A stretch of 41,767 nt of DNA, taken from positions 1 through 41,767 of the IMG/VR virus record IMGVR_UViG_3300032303_000221. One strand, written 5' to 3'. This document shows positions 27,801 to 35,225 of the stretch, in pieces (the first letter of the stretch is position 1; every line of letters starts with the position of its first letter). The notes beneath the pieces were generated by a model. That model worked only from the letters and a program-made list of their open reading frames with translations. It ran no database searches and was not told the origin of the DNA. Origin of the DNA: a virus (Duplodnaviria > Caudoviricetes). Both the position numbers and the translations under genes were made by a program.

Positions 27801-28640
27801 GTGGAGACGGCCTACAAGCATCCGTTGCGGTTCGCCCCGTATGTGGCATTGGCGGCTTCAATCCCGTATCTCACGATGGCCGCACTCGATATCGACTCGG
27901 ATGACTACGAGGCTCTTCGTAAGAGCCTACCCGAGTACATCCGCAACAAAGGCTCCCTCTTCATCCTCCCATGGAAGGATGAAAAGGGCCGTTGGGAATA
28001 CATGGATGTTTCATCCTTCTTCCCGTGGGCAGCGTTCACCGATCCGATCATACAGGCAACCCTACGGCAGGACCCCAAGGGGGCGGCATCGGAAGCCATT
28101 AAGCTTATCACGCCTTCAGGCCCCATCGTTACGACACTTGCCGCCATCACAACTGGCAAGGATCCGTTCACCGACAAGGACATCATCGACCCTCGGCAGA
28201 CCCCCGAGAACAAGGCTCTGGCGCTCATGTCCTACGTCTGGAGCCAGACGCTGCCCTCGATGCTGGCGATTGATCTGGTCAATCCGCAGAACGCCTCTGG
28301 TGCAATCCCCCGTCTTTACAACGACGTCTTCGGGGACGGGACCGGGCTCGACAAGCGCGGCCAACCCAAGCCGGAGTTTCTGGCAGACGCTGCACGTTTG
28401 TTCGGTGCGAACATCAGCCCGCTAGAACCTGTCACCCAGCGCGCCCTGAACATCAACCACATGCTCGCCCAAGTACACGCCTCCGAAAGCCTGCGGGCAC
28501 AGGTTGCCAAGGACCAGAGCCTGACGCCAAATAGACGGATGCAGGAGATCAACTCGCTCAACGAAAAGATCCGAGACGACTACAAGAAGCTACAGGAGTA
28601 CGCGCAGGAGACTGCCCGCGCCACCAGCCTCAAGAAATAG
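21888..28640 (+). CDS. giant polyvalent ejection protein (DdrB/ParB-like domain, zincin metallopeptidase, C-terminal LPD-like region)
   Basis: 2250 aa; QPRDRS...GAPIV...VESGNGR ParB-like motif (about 23870-24900); HEFSH at 25614-25628 with downstream EEWVAE; last gene of the virion operon. Confidence 0.78.
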   Translation: MAIHEVQAPDGAILQIEAPENATPEQIVAYAKNYAYPKYLEDKNKPEEKQSSLRQVADVPLQVGKGVVSGVRMIADAFGAGSNTSNTIKGAEDYLGSLLSAKSQKNAQEISRIMNDAKDKGVWDQVVAAAKAISTAPVDLVANALGTSAPAFLAGIAAGPEIAATGAALGIGALMGAGSIKGSIYEEVKQELTGKLPAEEVEKRAQLAQQYNGQNLDQILMGAGFGTLDAITGANRIISNAARRAAGKTAIMGGEKEVGKGVLKRTALGAAEEAPLEALQGGQEQLAQNIAIQREGIDRPTWQGVAGQAALEGGAGALAGGVTGGVLGKRPEPIIPPTSTSTAPPPPNAAAGAVVPPALPPVPGLPSTGGPLATPGSVAQTLAQQQPPEIQQLIQALQTQQKLATQTGNTGSAPQPGPTQLFVPPPVDLFAPSATPLGIAPAPTQAAPAIAPITSAKLPPALSNSTPFFGTNGGNVALTFENDIDRALYIVRDQKKKSKAHDKYIEWLMGQGFTAAGIKKEAAKVKSGIKSLLNMAPGVDYYHVPPIFTPSAPKAAPIAQTQQQPPEIQQLIQALQAQQQPPVGQAPVGQPPIVEPPTTALGQTAAPVVEPPVDLGPEPVFAPPMLVKPPVPVTPTPPEHLTKTVNTSVKSVRKLQTEPMLVELSDVISSEVPGYQKELQPRDRSKLESENQINGIVAEFDPSRLMFDPSADRGAPIVNENGHVESGNGRIMALRKIYESRPELVIDYKNELMSNGFDIEGMKNPVLVQRRVTPLTPRQIVDFVETQNKPGVLEPGPTEIAKRDALRINASMLNKIPENGDWTNPNFIREFMKNVSDNEMGGLSENGKITEKGYKRIRNAIFYLAYGDAQSLARISVTPEDNVKSISTALIKNAANFAKIRASINEGRTDPGFSSEPLIDAVNRISDMRDRKFGFEDYIKQQDVFNPISPMTEKFMRLFYSDKTRSIGDKSRALGLERISQGLNYYSTEALKISPEPALGFGLPPVTPMDLITAATKIAHRTVQPSETQTTEPVVETLPLVTENIQPPTVETAPPLAAITVTEKKRVNLGPMDGTVTRVTFSDGTVTDIQRINSAGTMGLPGWHDTSKSVTQFSYLGDTEAQAIQQLLQRRNAEKFAPMTTTPLDNAVLDSVKKTTHLNVNDATRAYLDEKLPGVLDVLKEAQYRLYPGTTMEIIGIQNRTMGAYGRAATTPNNVKIQFSVEDLMKDYGGKNYPQKLMHTLLHEFSHPIQKFLIHTSSVETQVEIAKQFQKDRSSTAAQRAFLYKYLVESQNPSIDMSSLKSKLLEAFDLTEQQYQKILNTTKDIGEKNDLYRFGLNRKYLRSFEEWVAERGAKWLSKELEGRIPQTVFEKFEKAVLDKLRDAYEVVAKIMGIRTDNGAFEKLLSDVWGVRTTTRYRETGKVDFKTNKSITSFPDLPSDQNFAYEAAVNGNPDPINNLPGGPTAKLNSERWSKVVSATREFFDPWFTVDKFPILSEFRNLLFGKIGMATQRAKDLSSTISKGTQEVQTQTYTYLTTRNADPSLITDEKVRAAAEEVKKEINRTALELVQKGYISEDSLAKYYDQYLPRMYLYYEMTGRGIKTSNMGVSPREYLDLRKELPEEARQILGEIKNPAFLSYIALSRPQADLAKMDYFNNIVRQTDVRWIAPNSLVDFEGHKVTPYWLANEAKVMRKLGDLTEQTDPAGSQAMFARATNLQLAADQVLGTLSDQIPDGYKRMPDSASYGALRGAIVQKGIYDDIIGTFVAIPISEKPFMQSLLGDERSSLVKANQIWKMMKVTLNVPSQIRNMVSNAIALNVFGGVPFYRIAPLLLRASKEVSENGKYWQEAQKYGITGGTMSSAELIQMRATLEQYLRKGGGKDMMGAFAAVRIAAGNAVGAASDIYQKTEVLFKMVQFLHERDKPGVTASQAVDAANEALFDYTKVNPNIRFLRNSPIGLPFVTYYYKVLPKLVETAYKHPLRFAPYVALAASIPYLTMAALDIDSDDYEALRKSLPEYIRNKGSLFILPWKDEKGRWEYMDVSSFFPWAAFTDPIIQATLRQDPKGAASEAIKLITPSGPIVTTLAAITTGKDPFTDKDIIDPRQTPENKALALMSYVWSQTLPSMLAIDLVNPQNASGAIPRLYNDVFGDGTGLDKRGQPKPEFLADAARLFGANISPLEPVTQRALNINHMLAQVHASESLRAQVAKDQSLTPNRRMQEINSLNEKIRDDYKKLQEYAQETARATSLKK
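23037..23624 (+). repeat. 54-bp direct repeat pair inside the polyvalent gene
   Basis: Copies at 23037-23090 and 23571-23624; identical 26-nt core gagatccaacagttaattcaagcact at 23052 and 23586. Confidence 0.85.
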
Positions 28641-28641
28641 C

Positions 28642-30093
28642 TCAGATCAGCCACTCCTTGTAGCCCTCCGACAAGACCTCGCTTGCGATGTTGATCTTGT
28701 TCCGGAGGGCTTTGAGGATCTTCTCCTCGACCGTGCCTTCCGTTACCAGATCAATGTAGGTCACGTTGTTCTTCTGTCCGATCCGGTGGGCACGGTCCTC
28801 GGACTGAATGCGAACCTCCAGATCAAAGCTGTTCGTGTAGTACACGACCGTCGAGGCCTCCGTCAGCGTTAGCCCATACCCGCCGGTGCGGGACTGACCC
28901 ACAAAGAACCGTAATGGCGATTTTGGTTCCTGAAAATCTGTCACGATACGCTGGCGTTCCTCGGCGTCGGTCTCCCCCGCATAGATCGCCACGGACCCCG
29001 GACCATACTCCTTTGCCAGTGCGGCGGCGATGTTGTGCAGATCCTGCACAAAAACCGCCCAAATGATTACCTTTCCGGAAGTCTCCTCAATGAGCGCCAT
29101 CAACTCATCGAGCTTGTTTGTGGGGAACTTCTCCACCGAACCATCGTCCGTCTTCACAAACCCCGAGCATATCTGTTGCAGGCGCAGGATCTGCGTCAGC
29201 ACATTCTGCGCTGTCACCATCTCCCCCTTTTCCAAGAAGGTCACGGCATTGTCCTTCATCTGCTTGTAGGCCCGTGCCTGCCACTCGTTCATCTCGACCG
29301 ACCGCTTTACGTAGACCTTCTCCGGCAGGTCGAGGCAGTCCTTCTTGAGGATGCGATACGAGAAGCCGTCAAGCTTGCTCGATAACTCATCTAGGTTCTG
29401 GTAGCCGACGACTTGATTGAAGCTATGCGACCCAAGGTTGCGCCTAACGATCTTTGCGTAGCGATTCTGGAACGAAAAGAACGACCGATGGCCGAGGTGC
29501 CAAGGCCCCAAGAAGGTACACTGGCTGTAGAGATCCATCGGAGACTGCGTAATAGGCGATCCTGTCATGATGCGGCGAAATGCCGCATGACTGCCAACCT
29601 TCATGATGTTCTTGGTGCGCTTGGCCTTGATGTTCTTGATCGTCGTGCTTTCGTCCACGGCCACCATGCACTTGCAGGACTTCACAAACTTCAGGGCGTA
29701 CTCGGTCCCCTTGTCCGTGGACAGAGCTTCGATGTTCATCACCACAATGCGCAGACGCTCGCTGGGTTTAAGGGCCTCGTCCAACGGACCACGGGCCTTC
29801 TTTGTTATCGACGGGGACCATCCAACAATATCTGTGGTCTCTAAGATAACGTCAGGCATGTGCTTCGTAATCTCAAGCCGCTCCCAGTTTTTGTAGACAC
29901 CCTTGGGTGCGATGATGAGCGCCCCATTCAGTTGCTTCTTGGCGTACAGAAAGCCTATGGTGTCGATCAGGATCTTCGATTTGCCCGTTCCCATTTCGCA
30001 GAACAAGGCATAGTCGATCTTGTTCAAAGACTTTTTCAGGGCTTCCATCTGATGCTCAAAGGGCTTGAGCTTGAATGCGTAATTCTCTGACAT
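28642..30093 (-). CDS. SNF2-family (SF2) helicase/ATPase
   Basis: EMGTGKS, VDES, TGSP, QICSG, GGYGLTL, QSEDRAHRIGQ; start probably MSENYAFK at 30093. Confidence 0.92.
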   Translation of the reverse strand: MSENYAFKLKPFEHQMEALKKSLNKIDYALFCEMGTGKSKILIDTIGFLYAKKQLNGALIIAPKGVYKNWERLEITKHMPDVILETTDIVGWSPSITKKARGPLDEALKPSERLRIVVMNIEALSTDKGTEYALKFVKSCKCMVAVDESTTIKNIKAKRTKNIMKVGSHAAFRRIMTGSPITQSPMDLYSQCTFLGPWHLGHRSFFSFQNRYAKIVRRNLGSHSFNQVVGYQNLDELSSKLDGFSYRILKKDCLDLPEKVYVKRSVEMNEWQARAYKQMKDNAVTFLEKGEMVTAQNVLTQILRLQQICSGFVKTDDGSVEKFPTNKLDELMALIEETSGKVIIWAVFVQDLHNIAAALAKEYGPGSVAIYAGETDAEERQRIVTDFQEPKSPLRFFVGQSRTGGYGLTLTEASTVVYYTNSFDLEVRIQSEDRAHRIGQKNNVTYIDLVTEGTVEEKILKALRNKINIASEVLSEGYKEWLI

Positions 30094-30150
30094 CGAACTG
30101 TTCTCCGTTCCAATCCGTATTAACATAATCTTTATTTTATATCAACACGG

Positions 30151-30179
30151 TTGACATGGACGCCCCAACGCCATAGGTT
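30151..30179 (+). promoter_or_regulatory. sigma70-type promoter of the replication operon
   Basis: TTGACA-N17-TAGGTT in the divergent intergenic region, upstream of GGGAG RBS and ATG 30205. Confidence 0.6.
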
Positions 30180-30204
30180 CTGACCTGTAACGGGAGAACT
30201 CCGA

Positions 30205-30519
30205 ATGACAGTGTACGTGACTCAAGAACTAAAAGGTCGCGATTTGTCTGGAGCCCTATCCTTCGGAGAACTGGAGGTGTTGGTTCGAGCAAACGTGGCG
30301 GTAACAGATGATGGTATGAACGAAATCATCACGGATATGTATGACAGCCTTGACGACTTTCACCCAAAGAAGGACTTTCTTCTGTTGTCGGGGGATCCCG
30401 TAATCATTGGGATTGCCTTCATGGCTCTTGCATATATCTGGGATGAGGGCGGAACCTTCAAAGTCCTGCGGTGGGACAGGATTGAAGAGCGTTATATTCC
30501 CATCACTATTGGCGGCTGA
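30205..30519 (+). CDS. hypothetical protein, first gene of the replication operon
   Basis: GGGAG RBS; VYVTQE...DFLLLSGDP...LRWDR. Confidence 0.75.
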   Translation: MTVYVTQELKGRDLSGALSFGELEVLVRANVAVTDDGMNEIITDMYDSLDDFHPKKDFLLLSGDPVIIGIAFMALAYIWDEGGTFKVLRWDRIEERYIPITIGG

Positions 30520-30532
30520 GAAAGGAAACAGC

Positions 30533-31084
30533 ATGGCATACAACTTTGAAGACGTTGCGATGGGCCTACAGGAGGTAGATGAGAAGGGTCTGTCTCGGGT
30601 ATCCTCGCTTGTGAAACAGCAGATCGCTTTAGAAAGCCGGGTCGAGGATTTGGAAGCCGAACTCAAGGCGACCAAGGCTCAGTTGACTAGCATCTCCGAC
30701 GACCTCCTGCCTGCGGCGTTGTCCGAGCATGGCTTGAAGACGTTGAAGATGGCCGACGGCAGTGAGGTTTCTGTCACCAAGAACTACGGCGCGTCCATCC
30801 CCAAGGACAAGACTGCCGAGGCGTTCGAGTGGTTGCAGAAGAACGACTTTGCTGACATCATCAAAAACCAAATCAGTGCGTCGTTCGGTCGCAATGAGTC
30901 GAACCGTGCGAACGATCTATTTCAGCGGTTGGAGAATGAGGGCTATACGCCCGCACAAAAGCAATGGGTAGAGCCAATGACGCTCAAGGCTTTTGTAAAA
31001 GAACAGGTTGAGTCTGGAAGAGCAATTCCATCTGACCTGTTTGGTATCTTCATTGGCGAGAAAGCAAAGATCCGGAGAAAGTAA
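30533..31084 (+). CDS. conserved phage replication-module protein
   Basis: AAAGGA RBS; coiled coil then AFEWLQKNDFADIIKN...VEPMTLKAFVKEQ; directly upstream of the SSB-like gene. Confidence 0.75.
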   Translation: MAYNFEDVAMGLQEVDEKGLSRVSSLVKQQIALESRVEDLEAELKATKAQLTSISDDLLPAALSEHGLKTLKMADGSEVSVTKNYGASIPKDKTAEAFEWLQKNDFADIIKNQISASFGRNESNRANDLFQRLENEGYTPAQKQWVEPMTLKAFVKEQVESGRAIPSDLFGIFIGEKAKIRRK

Positions 31085-31897
31085 ATGGCAAACGCAGTTG
31101 CAAAGAAAGACGCGGCGACTTCAGTGGTAGCCTTTGAGGGCTTCGAACAGTACGCTAACGCGGGCATGGAGGATGTGCGCACGGAGGACCTTTCGGTTCC
31201 TTTCCTGCGCATCCTTGCGCAGCTCTCCCCTCAGGTGAATAAGAGGGACGGGGCGTATGTGGAGGGTGCCGAAGCAGGCATGATCTACAACACGGTATCG
31301 AACGAAGTTTATGGTGGGGAGGATGGTATCGAAGTTATCCCCTGCTACTACAGCCGTCGCTATGTTGAGTGGAAGCCTCGTGAGAAGGGCGGGGGGTATG
31401 TAAATAGCTACGATGCCGATGACCCAATCGTCAAAAAGGCTTATCGGGATGATCGTGGAAACGACGTTCTTCCCAACGGGAACCTCCTGACGAATACGGC
31501 GCAGTTCTTCGTGTTGCTCCTGCATCCGGAGAATGGTCCGCAGCGGTGCTTGGTTACAATGTCAAGCACCCAGCTTAAGAAGGCCCGTAACTGGCTGACA
31601 CAGATGCAGTCGCTACAGGCGAAGGGTAAAAACGGGATGTATACGCTTCCCATGATGTCTCAGAAGTATGCACTTGGTACTTCTGAACAGCGTAACGACA
31701 AAGGTTCGTGGTTCGGATGGGATGTATGGCGTGTCGGACCTCTGAATATGGATGTCGAGAGTCACTTGTTTGAGATGGCGCTTGCCTTCGCCAAGTCTGT
31801 CAAGGCGGGCGAGGTAAAGGTCAAGGAAGAAATGGGAGCCGAAGAGTCGAGTCGCGGTTCCAGTCGAGAAGCAGTTGATGACTCTGTTCCTTTTTGA
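31085..31897 (+). CDS. ssDNA-binding / annealing protein (putative)
   Basis: DLSVPFLRILAQLSPQV, YVEW, MSSTQLKKARNW, NDKGSWFGW; acidic SSB-like tail DDSVPF. Confidence 0.6.
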   Translation: MANAVAKKDAATSVVAFEGFEQYANAGMEDVRTEDLSVPFLRILAQLSPQVNKRDGAYVEGAEAGMIYNTVSNEVYGGEDGIEVIPCYYSRRYVEWKPREKGGGYVNSYDADDPIVKKAYRDDRGNDVLPNGNLLTNTAQFFVLLLHPENGPQRCLVTMSSTQLKKARNWLTQMQSLQAKGKNGMYTLPMMSQKYALGTSEQRNDKGSWFGWDVWRVGPLNMDVESHLFEMALAFAKSVKAGEVKVKEEMGAEESSRGSSREAVDDSVPF

Positions 31898-31919
31898 ACG
31901 AGGTCGGTAGTCATTCAAC

Positions 31920-31958
31920 GGGGGACGTACTGTGGTCGAGACAGTACGTCCCTTTTCT
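31920..31958 (+). terminator. Rho-independent terminator after the SSB-like gene
   Basis: GGGACGTACTGT-GGTCGAG-ACAGTACGTCCC 12-bp stem followed by TTTTCT. Confidence 0.8.
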
Positions 31959-31976
31959 CTCGATGGAGCCTTAGAA

Positions 31977-33503
31977 ATGGACCTCGCACAACGGTTCTTC
32001 GACCTATTTAGGGGAAACGATAGAGCCCACGGAACATTCAACGTACAGAATGATCGAGAAAGAGACGGCAAAAAGCAGGGCGTTGCTCGTGTTCTCAAGG
32101 AGGTTACGACCGTAGAGCATTGGTCAAACCATATCTCCGGAACGCAGGGCCTTGGCATCATCCCCATCAAGGACAATAACTCCTGTCATTGGGGCGCTAT
32201 CGACATCGACGTGTACAACCTTGACCACAAGGTCTTAAACTCCAAGATGCAGAAGCTTGTAGTTCCCGGCGTTATCTGTCGGAGCAAATCCGGTGGCGCA
32301 CATATGTTTTTCTTCTTTCAGGAGGAAGTTGCGGCCTCGGTCCTTCAACCGAAGTTGAAAGATATCGCATCGCTCTTGGGCTATGCGGGGTCGGAGATAT
32401 TTCCAAAGCAGACAGAAATCCTTGTCGAGCGCGGAGATACAGGTAACTTCTTGAACATGCCGTACTTCATGGGAGAGGACACGACACGCTATGGGTTCAA
32501 CAGGGAGGGGATATCACTCGGCCTTTCGGAGTTTCTGGAGTATGCCGAGGCTTCGAAACTTGGGGTCGATTTCTTTCTCGATATCAAAACGGATCTGGTC
32601 AAGGATGACAGTATCCTCCCAAATGGACCGCCCTGCCTCCAGCACCTCTGCGAAGAAGGTTTCGCGGAAGGCGGTCGCAACAATGCGCTCTTCAATCTGG
32701 GGGTCTATGCGCGCCTGTCAGACAAGAAAGGCTGGGAGTCCGCCGTCCAAAACTTCAACACCAAGTACATGACACCACCGCTCCCGGCCAACGAGGTGGC
32801 GGGGATCATCAAGCAGCTTCAAAAGAAAGACTACTTCTACAAGTGCGACGACCAACCCATCGCCAGTTTTTGCAACAAGAACCTCTGCATGACCCGCAAG
32901 TTTGGTGTCGGTCCCGGTCAACTCAACAACGAACTGTCAAGCCTGACAAAGATCAACGGCGATCCACCGATATGGTTGCTCAACGTAGACGGTAGCAGAG
33001 TAGAACTAAGCACCGAGGCACTTGTTTCCCAAGCGATCTTCCAGCGTGAGTGCGTGGCACAGGTCAACAAATACCCCGTCGGAATGAACGCAAAATCGTG
33101 GCAGGCAAGAATGCAAGTCCTGTTGAACAATCTCACCATTATCGAAGTTCCCCCAGACGCTACCTTAAAGGGCGCGTTCGAGGATCTTCTGGCATCCTTC
33201 TGCTGCGACCGCGCAAAGGGTGTCGAGCGTGAAGACATCCTGCAAGGTATTGCTGTTTGGACAGATGGAAAGGTGTTCTTTCAGATCAAGGATATTATGA
33301 AGCACCTACAAGTGAACAACTTCCTGAACTACTCATCGAATAGGGTTTCGTTACGGGTGAAGGAGTTGGGTGCGGAGAAGATGTTTTGGCGAGTGAAAGG
33401 TAAAGGCGTCCACGTTTGGGGCTTCCCAGAAGCATTCTTTGGTGAGTCAGCTTCTGTCACCCTTGACCTTCCTGCCCTCAACTCCAGAGAGAACATCATA
33501 TGA
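31977..33503 (+). CDS. primase (AEP-like) with PriCT-type domain
   Basis: WGAIDID, RSKSGGAH, GNFLNMPY, GPPCL, GGRNNALFNLG, Cys cluster (YKC...FC...LC); GGAG RBS before ATG 31977. Confidence 0.75.
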   Translation: MDLAQRFFDLFRGNDRAHGTFNVQNDRERDGKKQGVARVLKEVTTVEHWSNHISGTQGLGIIPIKDNNSCHWGAIDIDVYNLDHKVLNSKMQKLVVPGVICRSKSGGAHMFFFFQEEVAASVLQPKLKDIASLLGYAGSEIFPKQTEILVERGDTGNFLNMPYFMGEDTTRYGFNREGISLGLSEFLEYAEASKLGVDFFLDIKTDLVKDDSILPNGPPCLQHLCEEGFAEGGRNNALFNLGVYARLSDKKGWESAVQNFNTKYMTPPLPANEVAGIIKQLQKKDYFYKCDDQPIASFCNKNLCMTRKFGVGPGQLNNELSSLTKINGDPPIWLLNVDGSRVELSTEALVSQAIFQRECVAQVNKYPVGMNAKSWQARMQVLLNNLTIIEVPPDATLKGAFEDLLASFCCDRAKGVEREDILQGIAVWTDGKVFFQIKDIMKHLQVNNFLNYSSNRVSLRVKELGAEKMFWRVKGKGVHVWGFPEAFFGESASVTLDLPALNSRENII

Positions 33504-35017
33504 ACATCATCCTTGGCCCACCGGGGACAGGGAAGACAACCCGTCTCCTCACGCTCGTTGAGGAGTATATGGAAGCCGGTGTACCTCCTGACCGGATCGG
33601 CTACTTTTCCTTCACTCGTCGCGCTGCGCACGAGGCGATAACCCGTGCCGCCGCCCGCTTTAAGATGACAGCGAAGGACTTTCCATACTTCCGGACGTTG
33701 CACAGCCTTGCTTACCACCAGCTTGGTATTGGCAAGAGCAGCATCATGACGACCAAACATTACAAAGAGGCTGCTGACTGGCTAAAGATTGGTGGGTTCC
33801 CAGAGGCAATGGTTCTTCCGGAGGGTCCGTTCGTGGACTTTGGGTTTGGGGATCGGTTCTTGGAGATCATCAACATTGCCCGTATCTGTCAGGTTCCACT
33901 TCGCGATGTCTACAATGGATCCTCCGTCCCGTTGCGGACGGATTGGAGCCGTGTCGATTACGTGAACCGGGGGTTGGAAGCCTACAAGAAGGACAACGCG
34001 ATCTACGACTACACCGACATGCTGGAGCTTTTCCTCCAACGAGAAGTCGCTCCGAAGCTGGATGTCGTTCTGATTGACGAGGTTCAAGACCTGTCACCGC
34101 TCCAGTGGAAGATGGTGCAGGCCATCATTGGAAAGTCCAAGATCATCTACATCGCAGGCGACGACGACCAAGCGATCTACCGTTGGGCTGGGGCTGACGT
34201 AGACTACTTTGTGAGGCTGGAGGGAGATGTCGAGGTCCTTGGTCAGAGCTACAGGATCCCCTCAAGCCACCACGACATCAGCCAGAAGGTCATAGGACGG
34301 ATCTACAACCGTCGCCAGAAGCTGTTCAAGCCTCGTGAGGAGGCCGGTGACGTTCAGTGGTACAGGCATAGCGAGGAGGTTGATGTTGCCAAAGGGACAT
34401 GGCTCTTGCTGTCGAGGACAAAGAAGGGCGCGAACCAGATCGAGCAGGAAGTTCGACAACGAGGGTTTCTTTATACATACGCCTCAAGCACCAGTATCGA
34501 GGTCGAGATCGTGGACGCCGTGCGGAGTTGGACGGACCTTCGCTACGGCGAGCGACTGCGGGCGTCTGAGATCAGGCGGGTTTACAAGTACATGACCTTG
34601 AATGAGGAGGTCGAATACGGACACAAAACCCTGCCGGGGGTCGATGATGCGACGTTCTTGGGAATTGATGAACTGCTCACGGACCACGGCCTTTTGCATA
34701 CCAGACCTTGGGAAGAGAGCATGGGTCGCATTCCTGACAGGGATCGTCGCTACCTTCAGATATGTATGCGGAATAATGAAAGCTTCACGGACAAACCCCG
34801 CATAATTATTTCCACCATCCACGGTGCGAAGGGTGCAGAGGCTGACAACGTGATGCTTCTGACAGATAGTGTGAGGCGCAATAACAGTCTATGGAAGCGC
34901 AATGCGTATGACGAAGACGACGAGGCCCGTGTCTTCTACGTCGGTCTAACTCGGGCAAAGAAAAGCCTCCATCTCATTCATCCTATGGTGTCCAAAGGCT
35001 ATGACATTCCTCACTGA
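33500..35017 (+). CDS. UvrD/Rep-like SF1 helicase
   Basis: GPPGTGKT, FRTLHS, IDEVQD, GDDDQAIYRWAGAD, QSYR, STIHGAKGAEADNV, FYVGLTRAK. Confidence 0.92.
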   Translation: MNIILGPPGTGKTTRLLTLVEEYMEAGVPPDRIGYFSFTRRAAHEAITRAAARFKMTAKDFPYFRTLHSLAYHQLGIGKSSIMTTKHYKEAADWLKIGGFPEAMVLPEGPFVDFGFGDRFLEIINIARICQVPLRDVYNGSSVPLRTDWSRVDYVNRGLEAYKKDNAIYDYTDMLELFLQREVAPKLDVVLIDEVQDLSPLQWKMVQAIIGKSKIIYIAGDDDQAIYRWAGADVDYFVRLEGDVEVLGQSYRIPSSHHDISQKVIGRIYNRRQKLFKPREEAGDVQWYRHSEEVDVAKGTWLLLSRTKKGANQIEQEVRQRGFLYTYASSTSIEVEIVDAVRSWTDLRYGERLRASEIRRVYKYMTLNEEVEYGHKTLPGVDDATFLGIDELLTDHGLLHTRPWEESMGRIPDRDRRYLQICMRNNESFTDKPRIIISTIHGAKGAEADNVMLLTDSVRRNNSLWKRNAYDEDDEARVFYVGLTRAKKSLHLIHPMVSKGYDIPH

Positions 35018-35225
35018 TAAGGAACTACTGTTTGCCTTTTGCGGGTGTGACCTTGAAAGGTTCACGCTCACCCGAGGCGCGTTGAAACAAAAATGGCCGA
35101 TCTGCGGCTGCAACAAAGCTATGAGGATCAAGAATGTCCCAACTTCCGCTTTTTCAAGTCCACTCCGAGTGGGTGATGCCGGACGGATTCCCAAACCTGT
35201 CGGGGGCTCGGGAGATAGCGATTGA
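35001..35225 (+). CDS. possible small Cys-containing protein
   Basis: Fills the gap between helicase and polymerase; FCGC and ICGC motifs, but overlaps polA by 92 nt. Confidence 0.35.
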   Translation: MTFLTDKELLFAFCGCDLERFTLTRGALKQKWPICGCNKAMRIKNVPTSAFSSPLRVGDAGRIPKPVGGSGDSD

